64,000 nucleotides of DNA from a virus (lineage: Duplodnaviria > Caudoviricetes). The stretch spans positions 16,586 to 80,585 of the IMG/VR virus record IMGVR_UViG_2895221163_000002; one strand, 5' to 3'. Below, piece by piece: positions 45,474 through 55,544 of the stretch (position 1 is the stretch's first letter; each line of letters begins with the position of its first letter). The notes beneath the pieces were generated by a model. The model had not been told where the DNA came from, did no database searches, and saw only the letters and a program-made list of their open reading frames with translations. The position numbers and the translations under genes were made by a program.

Positions 45474-45892
45474 CCTCTCCCATCGTCTGGCAGGATGCCT
45501 TTGACCGTGCCACGGCCGCTGCTGCTCCGCTGGGGCTGGCGGTCAAGGACATTCTTGCTCAGAACCTCGATCAGAACACGGCCCCATGGGTCTATTTCGA
45601 GACAGCCAGTGCCTCTGCCGGCCGCCTGGGCATGGGTGAGATCGTCGACGAAGAAACCGGCCAGATCTGGCTGCACCTAATGGTGCGGCGCGGAACGGGC
45701 GCGATCGACGCCATCACGAAACGCAAGGCTCTGTCCGTCGCGTTTCGGGTGCCGGTCGCGCCGCTCCCTGCCGGTCTGTTCTACGATGATCAGGGCTTTG
45801 ATCCGCCCGACGACGACCAGACCGGCAACTGGGTCCGCTTCTCCCTGATGGTGGACTATCGCTACCAGGACATCGTCCTGCCGGCATCCTGA
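45470..45892 (+). CDS. Tail terminator-like protein
   Basis: PWVYFE...EETGQIWLHL.V..G.G; just before the tube gene. Confidence 0.65.
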   Translation: MTSPIVWQDAFDRATAAAAPLGLAVKDILAQNLDQNTAPWVYFETASASAGRLGMGEIVDEETGQIWLHLMVRRGTGAIDAITKRKALSVAFRVPVAPLPAGLFYDDQGFDPPDDDQTGNWVRFSLMVDYRYQDIVLPAS

Positions 45893-45904
45893 AATTCCTG
45901 ACAC

Positions 45905-45928
45905 AGCCACCTCCGGGTGGCTTTTTTT
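45905..45928 (+). terminator. Intrinsic terminator
   Basis: AGCCACC-TCCG-GGTGGCT-TTTTTT. Confidence 0.7.
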
Positions 45929-45940
45929 ATGAGGTGAGAC

Positions 45941-46909
45941 ATGGCCTTTACCGGTGCCACGGCAGGCTATCAGGCCGCCGCGCAGGCGAACGATACCGCC
46001 ATTTCCTATGCCATGGAGCCGAACTACGGCGTCCCGGCCACGGGAAACTACCAGCGCACCCGCTTTACGGGTGAAAACTTCAAACCGACGGACACGACCC
46101 AGCGCCCGGACGAGATCAACGCTGACATCGAAGCGGCGCAGGCTGTCCTGACGCAGACCTCTGTGGCCGGCACACTGTCGGGCGCGCTGTCTTATGGCAC
46201 CTATGACGACATGCTGGCGGCCGTGCTGGGTGCAGACTGGGCTGACAACGTCGTGCAGAACGGTGCGGTCGTGAAGACCTGGACGCTCATCGAAAAGATG
46301 AACGCCAAATGGCTGGTGCGTCCAGGCAGCTACTGCACACAGGCACAGCTGACTTTTGCCCAGGGCAGCTTTGCCTCTACGTCTTTCGACTTCTCCTGCA
46401 AGCAGCAGACGCTCGCGGATGCCGATCCGGCCACGACCTACACGGACGCGCCCACAGGGCGTGTGTTCAACACGGTCGACAACTTCGTCGGCATGACCGT
46501 GAACGGCGTGGCTCCGGATGGCTGCGTCAAGCAGGTCCAGATTACGCTGGCCCGCGACGGCTCGGGGTCGGACTATGGCATGGGCCATGCCGATGCCTGC
46601 GGGATCCGCCCCGGCCAGATCCTCGCCTCCGGATCGACGCAGATCTTTTTCAAGACCTGGGATCTGTATCAGGTCTGGGCCAATGGAACGCAGGGACCGA
46701 TCGCCGTTACGGTCAAGGATGCGGACGGCAACAGCTATGTCCTGACCTTCCTGAATGCGGCGCTGCGCAATCCGGTGATCGATGTCGGCAGCAAAAACAC
46801 CTCGATCATCGCCACCTTCGACATCGAGGGCAATCCGCAGGCCGGCGGTGGCACCTTCAAGATCCAGCGCATCCCGGCCGCACCGCCAGCCGCGCCTTCT
46901 GGCGGCTGA
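45941..46909 (+). CDS. Major tail tube protein
   Basis: E..YGV.......RFTGE...DEI...GTL...LSYGTYDD.LAA.L motif. Confidence 0.85.
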   Translation: MAFTGATAGYQAAAQANDTAISYAMEPNYGVPATGNYQRTRFTGENFKPTDTTQRPDEINADIEAAQAVLTQTSVAGTLSGALSYGTYDDMLAAVLGADWADNVVQNGAVVKTWTLIEKMNAKWLVRPGSYCTQAQLTFAQGSFASTSFDFSCKQQTLADADPATTYTDAPTGRVFNTVDNFVGMTVNGVAPDGCVKQVQITLARDGSGSDYGMGHADACGIRPGQILASGSTQIFFKTWDLYQVWANGTQGPIAVTVKDADGNSYVLTFLNAALRNPVIDVGSKNTSIIATFDIEGNPQAGGGTFKIQRIPAAPPAAPSGG

Positions 46910-46960
46910 TCCCCGGAGCTCCGAACTTTTTATCCCTCATTTCAGACTGGAAAAATTAAC

Positions 46961-47398
46961 ATGGCCAAGCTCTCTGCCTTTTCGCGCGACCTCAGCAAGG
47001 TGTCTTCCGGCGAGGAGATCGAAGTCGGTCCGGAAGGGAATACCTTCTTCATCACCACGCGCGGCTTCACGCCGGCGTACCGCGACACGCTCTATGCGCT
47101 GCGTCTGGAAGCAGCCCGTGAGCTGAACCGCTCCCAGCGTGCCGGTGCTGGTTTCTACGCTCCGGATGCCCTGCCCCCGACCACGGATGATGTCTGTCAG
47201 GGCAAGGCGATTGCCCGTGAATGCGTCCAGGGTGTGCGTGGTCTGGAGGGTACGGATGATCAGCCCGTCTCTGTCGATGACTTCCGCGGCATGCTGGAAA
47301 GCGGCAACTACCCGGCTCTGACTACGCTCGCCATCATGGCAGCCGGCCGTGTCGGCAGCGACCGCGCCGAACAAGCCAAGGCCGCAGCGGGAAACTGA
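46961..47398 (+). CDS. Tail assembly chaperone (gpG-like)
   Basis: Between tube and TMP; ends in the slippery sequence G GGA AAC TGA. Confidence 0.8.
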   Translation: MAKLSAFSRDLSKVSSGEEIEVGPEGNTFFITTRGFTPAYRDTLYALRLEAARELNRSQRAGAGFYAPDALPPTTDDVCQGKAIARECVQGVRGLEGTDDQPVSVDDFRGMLESGNYPALTTLAIMAAGRVGSDRAEQAKAAAGN

Positions 47399-47775
47399 TT
47401 GCAGCACTCCAGTGGGAACTGGAATGGGGTGCCTTTACCGGGGAGAATGAAATCCCCGAAATCCGGGAAACGGCCCTGCAATACCGGGTTCTTCCCGATC
47501 CTTGGAACGAAGTCCCCTGGCGGGCGTGGCATGAACTCCAGCATGACCGCGTCTGGACCACTGATGGGGTCGGCGCATCCATGGGCATGATCCGCGTTGC
47601 CTCAAGGCCTGGGCCGATTTCCTGGCTCGCCATCGATCGCTGGTGTGAAGCCAACCGGGTGACGGATGATGAGCGGGTTTATGTCTTCGACCTGATCCGC
47701 GCCCTCGATGTCGTCTTCCTGAAACATCGCAACAACGCAATCACTCAGGACATCCAGACCCTCATGAGGAAATGA
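47389..47775 (+). CDS. -1 frameshift extension (gpT-like)
   Basis: GGGAAAC at 47389-95; the -1 frame is open to 47775 (LIAALQWELEWG...PISWLAIDRWCE...LIRALDVVFL). Confidence 0.8.
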   Translation, partial: GKLIAALQWELEWGAFTGENEIPEIRETALQYRVLPDPWNEVPWRAWHELQHDRVWTTDGVGASMGMIRVASRPGPISWLAIDRWCEANRVTDDERVYVFDLIRALDVVFLKHRNNAITQDIQTLMRK

Positions 47776-47776
47776 C

Positions 47777-48421
47777 ATGGCCTCTGCGCGTAGTGTGGCC
47801 CGCAATATTCGTCTGTTTCGGGACCAGGCGCTATCTCCGGCCGCGCAGTCCGCAAGGCTTGCAGCTGTCGCCATCAAGGCGCGGGATCAGGCGGTCAGCA
47901 GCGGAGACGCGCCGCCGCACTGGGTGACGATCGTGGATGGTCGGCAGGGCGTGCCAGAGACGGACGTGAGGCCGGACGGTTTCATTCTCTACAAGTTCAA
48001 CGTCATGGGGCTGGCGGCCAAGGCTGCGCTTCAGCTGTGCAAGGATCGCTCTCCGGTACGATCGGGCCGCTATCGCGACAGCTGGATGGTTGTCGTCGAC
48101 GGCAAGCCCTGGACGCAGGACGTGGCGGACATTCCGGAAGGCACATCCGTCATGATCGTCAACCCGCAGCCCTATGCACGCAAGATCGATACGGGCGCGA
48201 TGAAGAACATGTCTGTGCCTCCGGGCATCGTCGATGCCGTGCGCAAGCTGGTGCAGCGCAAATTCCCGACCGTGAACGCAGCCCGCGCCTTTGTGAGCAT
48301 TCCCTCCGGCCTGATGGAAAATGCTCCCTACATCCTGCGGCGCAGCAAGGGCCGCAGCAAAAGCCGAGCCGCCGGAACGGCCCTGACCTATCCGGCAATG
48401 ATCCTGACAAAACGCCTCTGA
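47777..48421 (+). CDS. HK97 gp10-like tail component
   Basis: SPVRSGRYRDSW...N.QPYARKI motif. Confidence 0.65.
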   Translation: MASARSVARNIRLFRDQALSPAAQSARLAAVAIKARDQAVSSGDAPPHWVTIVDGRQGVPETDVRPDGFILYKFNVMGLAAKAALQLCKDRSPVRSGRYRDSWMVVVDGKPWTQDVADIPEGTSVMIVNPQPYARKIDTGAMKNMSVPPGIVDAVRKLVQRKFPTVNAARAFVSIPSGLMENAPYILRRSKGRSKSRAAGTALTYPAMILTKRL

Positions 48422-48433
48422 AGGAACGCGACC

Positions 48434-51400
48434 ATGGCAACGGTTGAAGAGATTGAAGTTTCGTACCGTAGCCAGATCGCATCGCCAGCTCAGGCGGATG
48501 CAGCAGCGCTCGATGCGGTCGCGGATGGCCTGGATAAGGTTGCCGATAGCGTCGAGGTCACAGACGCAAAGATTCAGCGCAGCACCAAAAGCGGTGTCGG
48601 ATTTCGCAACAGCCTTGATGCGGTCACGAAGTCGACCAATGCCCTACAGAGCGCCCAGAACAAGCTGACCGAGGTCGCGCAAGCCGTGTCTGACAGTGTG
48701 CGCCGTGGTGAGATTACACAGGCAGAGGCAGCACGCACGATCGATGCGCAGGCCGCCAAGGTCCAGAAGCTGACGCAGGCCCATGAAGCGGCTGTGCAGG
48801 CGTCAAAAGGCGTCACAGTCGCTGTGGCCGAGACGACAGAGACCGCACGTCTTTCCAGCCAGCAGATGGGTATTCTGGCGGATGAAGCGCACAAGTTCTT
48901 TGACCAGGTCATGGCGGGCGGATCTGCGTTTCAGGCCGCCTTTTATCAGGTGCCGAACATGGTCCAGATCATGGGCGGTTTTGGCAGTGCTCTTGAAACC
49001 GTCGCAGGCTGGATGGTCGGGCCTGCCGGTGTGGCGCTCGCAGCTGGGGCGGCAGCGGTCTCCGTTTACAAACTTGGGTCTGCTGCCGAAGCCGAACAGG
49101 AACAGCTTGCCACACTGTCGCAGCATCTACGGGCCACTCGTGATGACTACACGTCCATGGCCAGCGCGGCTGAAGGTGCGGCGCGTCAGCTTTCCGCCGG
49201 CAGCGGCCTGTCGCTCGATGACAGCCGCAGCGTCACCACGACCTTTGCAGCCATACCGACGATCGACAGTTCCAGCCTGACGTCCCTGACGCAGGAAGCA
49301 CGGGATCTGGCCGAAGTCATGGGCGAGACCGTGCCGGAAGCTGCCAAGGACATGGCGAGCGCTTATGCCGACCCCGCCAAGGCCGCACAGGACTTCGCCG
49401 ACAAGGGTCTTCTGGGCGTGCATCAGGGACTGGTCAGCCAGGTCAAGGATCTTCAGGACAGCGGCAACCGGATGCAGGCCTGGCAGCTGCTTATGGGCCA
49501 GCTGGAATCCGCCACGCGCGGCGCTGTCGATCAGGGTCTGACGCCGTTTCAGCAGTCGGTCCGCAATCTCAAGGATGCCTGGGCCGGCCCGATGGAAGGC
49601 GTCGAGAACTTTGGCAACAAGATCGGGGACTTCCTGGTCGCGCAGACCGCCAAAACGATCGACGGCCTGACGAACCTGATCAACAAGGTCAAAGAACTCA
49701 AGGGCTGGATGGACAGTTTCCAGCCAGAGCATGTCGCCTATGAAACCCGGCAGCGGCAGGCCCAGCAGGGCAGCAGCTCTGGCATGTCGGGGCTGATTGA
49801 TACGGTCGGGCAGCAAATCGGCGCGAATTCCGAAGTCATTTCCCTGGCACACCGGATCCAGCCGGTCGAAAGCTCGACAGGGCAGTATGACCGCAATGGC
49901 GCGGTCGTGACGTCCTCGGCCGGTGCGATTGGCGGCATGCAGGTCATGCCGGCAAACGCTGCCGGCAACGATCTGACGGATCCGACCGGAAACGTCACTG
50001 CGGCAGAGCGCCTGCTGGTGCGGCTATATTCCAAATACAGCGGCAATGAGCAGCTGGTCGCCATGGCCTATAACTGGGGCGAAGGGAACGTCGACAAATA
50101 CCTTCAGGGGAACACCACGGTCCCGCAGTCCGTGCAGGACTATGCCCAGAAAGTTACAGGCGGCCAGATGTATGGTGCGACAACGCTCGCCACCATGCAG
50201 GGCAAGGTCGATGACGCTCTGAAGACTTCGGATGGTTCGACGGCGTCTCAGGTGACGGATCAGACCAATGCCATTAAGCAGCTGACCTCGGCTCAGGAGG
50301 CGCTGGATACGCTGCATAAGGCCGGTGCTGTGTCGGATGCCGATTATGCGGCCCGAACACAGGATCTGACGCAGCGTCTGATGACGCATAAGGGCGCGCT
50401 GAACGATCTGCGAGATCCGATGCAGGAACTGGCGCATCAGCAGCAGCAGTTAACGGATGCGGCCTGGGCGGGCACGGCTGCGCAGAAGGCCATGGTGCAG
50501 GTCGACCAGCAGGTCGAGGAAGCAGCCCGCAAGATGGGTCAGTCCCATGCAACGGCAGCCCAACTCCTGAAGGCGGAATCAAACGAGCAGCAGGTCCTGA
50601 CGGGCCAGTTCAACAGCGCGATCGATGCGATGGACCGCAAGACATCAGCCCAGAATACGCTGCTGTCGTCCTATGATGCCTCCAAGGGCAGCCTGGACGA
50701 TTATCTGCGCTCCGTGGAAGCCTCAGACACGGTTCAGGCCACCTCGATCGCGGGTACGCAGGAACAGGCCCGACAGACGGCAGTTCTCACGGACGCGCTC
50801 AAGCGGCAGGCCGAGGCGCAGGTGGACATTACGACCGCCCGCAAGGCGTATGGCCAGAGCCTTGATCTGGAGACGATCAAAGCCGAAGCCACTGCGATCG
50901 GACAGGATTCCGATGCTGTCTCGGTCCAGATGGCCGTCCTGAAAGAGCGCAATGCGCTTCTGGAGAACGGTGCAGATCTGACGTCCAAGGCCTCGCAGAC
51001 CGATCTGGAGAACGTCGCGGCGATCCAGACGGCCACGAACGCCTATCAGAAGCAACAGGACACGCTGAACGAACTGACCAACGATATCTCCTCGGCGGCC
51101 GACACGTTGTCGAGCAGCTTCACGCAGGCTTTGGTCAACGCCTCGAATGGCGGGGTGACGTTCAAGTCCGCCATGCAGGGTGTGGAAAGCCAGCTGATCT
51201 CCGTGATTGCCAAGTTGGCGCTGATCAATCCGCTCCTGAGTGCGATCGATGGCAGAAGCCGGACAACGCTGGGGGATGTCTCGTCCATTCTGTCGGGAGC
51301 CTCATCGCCTTCGATCAGTGATGGCGCGGCTGCGATCAGTCAGGATTCCGGTGGTTGGGGATGGAATCCTCTGACAGCAACGGGCGGATCTGGTGGCTCC

Positions 51401-53104
51401 ACGTCCTGGCTGTCTTCTGGTCTCAAGACCAACCTGTTCGGCACGGCCACGGTGGGCAACCTCCTGGGCGGGATCGGCGGGGGTTTCGGGATCGGGTCGG
51501 CCCTGTCCGGAATCGGCGGTGGGACAAAGACCAATGGCATGATCGGCAGCGGCGTTGGAGCGGCCGCTGGCGCTGCGGCCGGATCGTTCATCCCGGTGGT
51601 TGGCACCATGCTGGGCGGTCTGATTGGCGGCGGTCTGGGCGGGCTTCTGGGGGGCCTCTTCGGACACAAGAAAAACCCGTACACGATCGACCAGGTCATG
51701 ACGACGGGAGGCTCGCTCTCGCTTGGCAAGACATGGAATCAGGCCCAGACCGATCAGATCACGGAGCAGCTCAAATCCGACATCGCGTCGTTCAACAAGG
51801 TTCTGTCCACGGATGGGGTCACGATCGGCGGCGGCGATGGCGGACTGCTGGGAACGGTCCGCGATGACAAGAACAACAAGGACAAGTCGCTTCAGTCCGT
51901 CTCGCTCACGGATCTTCTGAAACAGGCGACCTACAGCACGTCGGACGCCACGTTCCAGCAGGCTCTGCAACAGGGGCTGCCAAGCGATGCAACATCCGTC
52001 TCGGATTATGCAACGGCGATCGCCAACCTGAAAACCATGGCCGACACGGTCGACCAGCTGGGCGTGGCCGTCTCGAAGTTCAATTCGGACGGCACGGTCA
52101 CGGTCGGCAGCTTCACGAAAGCCACCGGCGATCTGAAAACCGCTCTGGATACGGCGCTCGATGGCAAGTCGCTGTCGACCTCTGATCTTCAGACCCAGAT
52201 CTCCACCATCACGACCTTCGTCGACACGACGATGCCAGGGCTGCTCAAGGCCACGGTCTCTGGGCAGCAGTCCTGGGTGGGTCAGATGGCCGCACTGAAA
52301 CAGACCTATGAGGCAGCAGCCTCGCAGGCCAATCAGTACGGACTGGACGGCACCCAGCTGAATGCGAAGTACCAGTCGCTTTATGACCAGGGCTTTGCCT
52401 CACAGCTGGACACGCTGCGGCAGAGCGATCTGTCGGTTCAGGCGCGGTACCAGACGGCGACGGGCAATGATGAAGGGGCGGCGCTGACGAACTTCGACCT
52501 CAGCGCGGATCAGCAGAGGCAGCAGCTGGCGGACAACTGGAAGAACTTCCTCGGGGACGCCTACACGTCCCAGCAGGAATATATCAGCCAGTCGGCCGAC
52601 CTCGAAAAGACGCTGTCGGCGGAGCGTCTGAAGATCCAGCAGCAGTACAATGATCAGGCGCTACAAAGCGCTGAAAGCGTTATGTCGAGCCTGGAAACCT
52701 ATGGTGCGGGTCTGGCCACGTCGGATGCCTCTCCGCTGTCGGCCGCCGATCAGTACAAGGTCGCGAATGACAACTTCACGACCGATCTGACGGCTGCCCA
52801 GGGCGGCAGCTTCACGGCGCTTCAGGCGATGCAGGGCGACATGCAGACCCTGCTGGCCCAGAGCAAGACCTTCAACGGGTCGGGCACGGCCTACGCCCAG
52901 GACTATGCCCGTGTCATGCAGGCGCTCCAGAGTCTGGGCAGCATCGGCACGGATGATCTGACGGCCTCCGTCATGAAAGAGGCGCTGAAGACGTCCACCG
53001 ACACGCTCAACACGACGCTGGCGCAGCTGGTCGAGCTGGCCACGAAGCAACTGAGTGAGACCCGCATGCAGAGCATGAAATCCACCACTGGAAAGGCAGC
53101 ATGA
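48434..53104 (+). CDS. Tape measure protein with internal lytic transglycosylase (SLT) domain
   Basis: 1556 aa, helical; VESS...SSAGAIGGMQVMP...AYNWGEGNV; glycine-zipper segment. Confidence 0.92.
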   Translation: MATVEEIEVSYRSQIASPAQADAAALDAVADGLDKVADSVEVTDAKIQRSTKSGVGFRNSLDAVTKSTNALQSAQNKLTEVAQAVSDSVRRGEITQAEAARTIDAQAAKVQKLTQAHEAAVQASKGVTVAVAETTETARLSSQQMGILADEAHKFFDQVMAGGSAFQAAFYQVPNMVQIMGGFGSALETVAGWMVGPAGVALAAGAAAVSVYKLGSAAEAEQEQLATLSQHLRATRDDYTSMASAAEGAARQLSAGSGLSLDDSRSVTTTFAAIPTIDSSSLTSLTQEARDLAEVMGETVPEAAKDMASAYADPAKAAQDFADKGLLGVHQGLVSQVKDLQDSGNRMQAWQLLMGQLESATRGAVDQGLTPFQQSVRNLKDAWAGPMEGVENFGNKIGDFLVAQTAKTIDGLTNLINKVKELKGWMDSFQPEHVAYETRQRQAQQGSSSGMSGLIDTVGQQIGANSEVISLAHRIQPVESSTGQYDRNGAVVTSSAGAIGGMQVMPANAAGNDLTDPTGNVTAAERLLVRLYSKYSGNEQLVAMAYNWGEGNVDKYLQGNTTVPQSVQDYAQKVTGGQMYGATTLATMQGKVDDALKTSDGSTASQVTDQTNAIKQLTSAQEALDTLHKAGAVSDADYAARTQDLTQRLMTHKGALNDLRDPMQELAHQQQQLTDAAWAGTAAQKAMVQVDQQVEEAARKMGQSHATAAQLLKAESNEQQVLTGQFNSAIDAMDRKTSAQNTLLSSYDASKGSLDDYLRSVEASDTVQATSIAGTQEQARQTAVLTDALKRQAEAQVDITTARKAYGQSLDLETIKAEATAIGQDSDAVSVQMAVLKERNALLENGADLTSKASQTDLENVAAIQTATNAYQKQQDTLNELTNDISSAADTLSSSFTQALVNASNGGVTFKSAMQGVESQLISVIAKLALINPLLSAIDGRSRTTLGDVSSILSGASSPSISDGAAAISQDSGGWGWNPLTATGGSGGSTSWLSSGLKTNLFGTATVGNLLGGIGGGFGIGSALSGIGGGTKTNGMIGSGVGAAAGAAAGSFIPVVGTMLGGLIGGGLGGLLGGLFGHKKNPYTIDQVMTTGGSLSLGKTWNQAQTDQITEQLKSDIASFNKVLSTDGVTIGGGDGGLLGTVRDDKNNKDKSLQSVSLTDLLKQATYSTSDATFQQALQQGLPSDATSVSDYATAIANLKTMADTVDQLGVAVSKFNSDGTVTVGSFTKATGDLKTALDTALDGKSLSTSDLQTQISTITTFVDTTMPGLLKATVSGQQSWVGQMAALKQTYEAAASQANQYGLDGTQLNAKYQSLYDQGFASQLDTLRQSDLSVQARYQTATGNDEGAALTNFDLSADQQRQQLADNWKNFLGDAYTSQQEYISQSADLEKTLSAERLKIQQQYNDQALQSAESVMSSLETYGAGLATSDASPLSAADQYKVANDNFTTDLTAAQGGSFTALQAMQGDMQTLLAQSKTFNGSGTAYAQDYARVMQALQSLGSIGTDDLTASVMKEALKTSTDTLNTTLAQLVELATKQLSETRMQSMKSTTGKAA

Positions 53105-53105
53105 C

Positions 53106-54782
53106 ATGACAGTGATCCGGGCAGTCGAGATCGACCTGGTCGATACCCTGGCTGTCCAGGTCGATGACCTTCCAGCCCATGGCAGTCGGCCACGCGGAAC
53201 GCTGCGGCGGAACGCGGGGTCGCTGGAGACGGTCGAGACCCTGCGCTTCTCCGACATGGGTTACGTTGATGAAAACCACGTCCCCTATGTCCCGATCGTC
53301 ACCCAGGCGTTTGATCTGGACCGCGGCATTTCCCTGACTTCGGACGCGCTAGGGGGCACGTCGTCATTCGGATCGGTCACGCTGATCAATGACGGCTCTC
53401 TTGATGCGCTCGTCGCCAGCCGCACGAACGACCATCTGCCGGTGCGGATCCTGAGCGGGCGCAAGACGCTCGATCGGGACCGGGGGATCTGGCGGGATCC
53501 AAAGCGTGCGGATCTTCAACCGGTCTTTGCGGGTCTGGGAACGCTCTGGCAGGCGGGGCGACGGACCCTGACCGTTCCCCTGCTCGGAGCACTGTCCTGG
53601 CTCGATGTGACCATGACGGGCCGGATCTATGGTGGAACAGGTCGTCTGGACGGGGATGCCAACGTCTCCGGCCGCGTCATGCCGACTCTGCGGGGCACGG
53701 CCTGCAACATCACGCCCGTCCTGATCGATGCCGTGAATTATGTCTATCAGGTCAGTGACGCGCCGGCCGAGATCTCCGCGCTCTATGAGGGCGGCTTTGC
53801 GGGGGGCATCGCCTTCAGTGGCCTGGTCGCGGATCTCTATGCCCAGTCCCCTGCCCCTGGCACCTATCAGATCCAGAGGGGCGGTAACGGAACATGGATC
53901 CGGCTGGGCACACGGCCCGTCTACGGCATTACCGTGGACGCGGTCGGATCGTTCCCTTCCGGAGCCGCGCCGCAGAACGTCCTAGACATCCTGCGCATGA
54001 TGCTTCTGGAGGATTTTATTCTCCCGGAAACCTACATCGACGCGCAATGGCCCGCGCAAAGCCCCCTGGCTCCTTGGCGAGCGGGGTGGTTCTGGGATGG
54101 AACAGAAACAGTCACAGGGCAGGACGTGGTCCGCACACTGCTTTCCGGGCTGGCAATCTCGATCGTTCCGACACGGTCGGGCACCTTACGGCCTATCCTT
54201 CTGGAATCAGTGGATGACCTGGCCGCATCGACCCTAACGCTTGATACGAACGTCATCACCGAAATCGAGCCTGTCTCCCTCGATGCTTCGCTCAGTCCTC
54301 CGACATGGCGCTGGCGCATGGGCTGGCAGCATAATTTCACAGTCCAGACGGCGGGCTCGGGTCTGCATCCGCAAGCCCCGGCTGACCGGCAAGCCTTCAT
54401 CGCCATGGCCGATCGCAATGCCGTCTGGTCGGATGCAAGCCTTCGGATGCGCTGGCGAGTACCGAATGATCCCACGCCGATCGTCACAGCCTTGGCGTCA
54501 TCAGAAGATGCTCAGAGTGTTGCGAATTCACATGGGCAGCTCTGGGGGGCTTATCGGACCCTCTGGGCCATCACGATTCCTGTGGACCTGAGCTGGCAGG
54601 TCGACCTTGGCGATACCGTCTGGATTCAGGCGCCCGTTCCTGGGCTGTCCAATGGCTGCCTGGGCGTGATTGTCGCGGAGCATGTCCGCGGCGGCGACGC
54701 GACGGCAACCCTTCAGATCCTGACCCTGTGGACCGTCCCGCAAGACATGGACGACGGTGATTTCGGGCCGGATATTATGTGA
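53106..54782 (+). CDS. Tail tip/hub protein
   Basis: Follows TMP; YGGTG.LDG...P.LRG..NITPVL motif. Confidence 0.65.
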   Translation: MTVIRAVEIDLVDTLAVQVDDLPAHGSRPRGTLRRNAGSLETVETLRFSDMGYVDENHVPYVPIVTQAFDLDRGISLTSDALGGTSSFGSVTLINDGSLDALVASRTNDHLPVRILSGRKTLDRDRGIWRDPKRADLQPVFAGLGTLWQAGRRTLTVPLLGALSWLDVTMTGRIYGGTGRLDGDANVSGRVMPTLRGTACNITPVLIDAVNYVYQVSDAPAEISALYEGGFAGGIAFSGLVADLYAQSPAPGTYQIQRGGNGTWIRLGTRPVYGITVDAVGSFPSGAAPQNVLDILRMMLLEDFILPETYIDAQWPAQSPLAPWRAGWFWDGTETVTGQDVVRTLLSGLAISIVPTRSGTLRPILLESVDDLAASTLTLDTNVITEIEPVSLDASLSPPTWRWRMGWQHNFTVQTAGSGLHPQAPADRQAFIAMADRNAVWSDASLRMRWRVPNDPTPIVTALASSEDAQSVANSHGQLWGAYRTLWAITIPVDLSWQVDLGDTVWIQAPVPGLSNGCLGVIVAEHVRGGDATATLQILTLWTVPQDMDDGDFGPDIM

Positions 54783-54788
54783 GACTTC

Positions 54789-55544
54789 ATGGAAAACTGT
54801 GGACTTGGCTATCAGAACGCCGTGCTCTCCGCCGTCCTGTCGGCCGACAGCGCCGCAGCCGCGCTGCCTGTCACAAACCTGACCTCCCCGCAGGGTAATC
54901 CGGCCTATGCCTGGCGAGCTGATGTCACGACAGCCAGCCTGACAGTGGCGCTGTCGCAGCGCGGGGGCGTTCGGGTTATCTCGGTGCATCGCACCAACCT
55001 GACGGCGCAGGCCAACTGGCGGATCGTCGTCAGCAATGTAGGCAACGTCCTGCACGATACGACCCAGCCCATGACGGCCGTGGCGGGTCAGGCTGTCTTC
55101 GTCCTGCCTGCCGAGCTGCAATGTGACGTCGTAGCGATCACGATCGCGGATCCAGACAATCCAGATGGGTATCTCTCGATCCCCCTGGCCTATGTCGGGC
55201 CGCTCTGGCAGCCAGTCCGCAATTTCTCCACCGACAGCAGCTCAGGCTTCAATTTCGGGGTCGATGAAGTGACGGCGCTGTCTGGCGCAGAGTTTCCGCA
55301 GATGCGCTGGATCCAGAGAAAGGCCTCGATCGCGCATCAGTCTTATGGCGCGGCGGAGACCGCGATCCTGCGGCAGATCCAGCGGGTCGCGGCATCTGGG
55401 GAGAATATTCTCTTCCTTCCGGACCCAGGGGCTGCGGCGCAGGAAGAAACCCTCTTCGGTCGCCTGAGTGGCGGCGACATTGGCAACCCTTACGGCTCTG
55501 CCGATCGGCGGAGCTGGACCTTTACCCTGACGGAGCGATTGTGA
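54789..55544 (+). CDS. Tail tip/distal tail protein
   Basis: Synteny; beta-rich; GPLWQP..NF motif. Confidence 0.55.
   Translation: MENCGLGYQNAVLSAVLSADSAAAALPVTNLTSPQGNPAYAWRADVTTASLTVALSQRGGVRVISVHRTNLTAQANWRIVVSNVGNVLHDTTQPMTAVAGQAVFVLPAELQCDVVAITIADPDNPDGYLSIPLAYVGPLWQPVRNFSTDSSSGFNFGVDEVTALSGAEFPQMRWIQRKASIAHQSYGAAETAILRQIQRVAASGENILFLPDPGAAAQEETLFGRLSGGDIGNPYGSADRRSWTFTLTERL

Noticed and set aside
39415-46588. Long antisense ORFs (39415-40545, 43156-44076, 45677-46588)
   Set aside because: Shadow frames of GC-rich terminase, capsid and tube genes with no motifs
51300-51670. Glycine-rich repeat as a separate element
   Set aside because: An ordinary glycine-zipper segment within the tape measure protein
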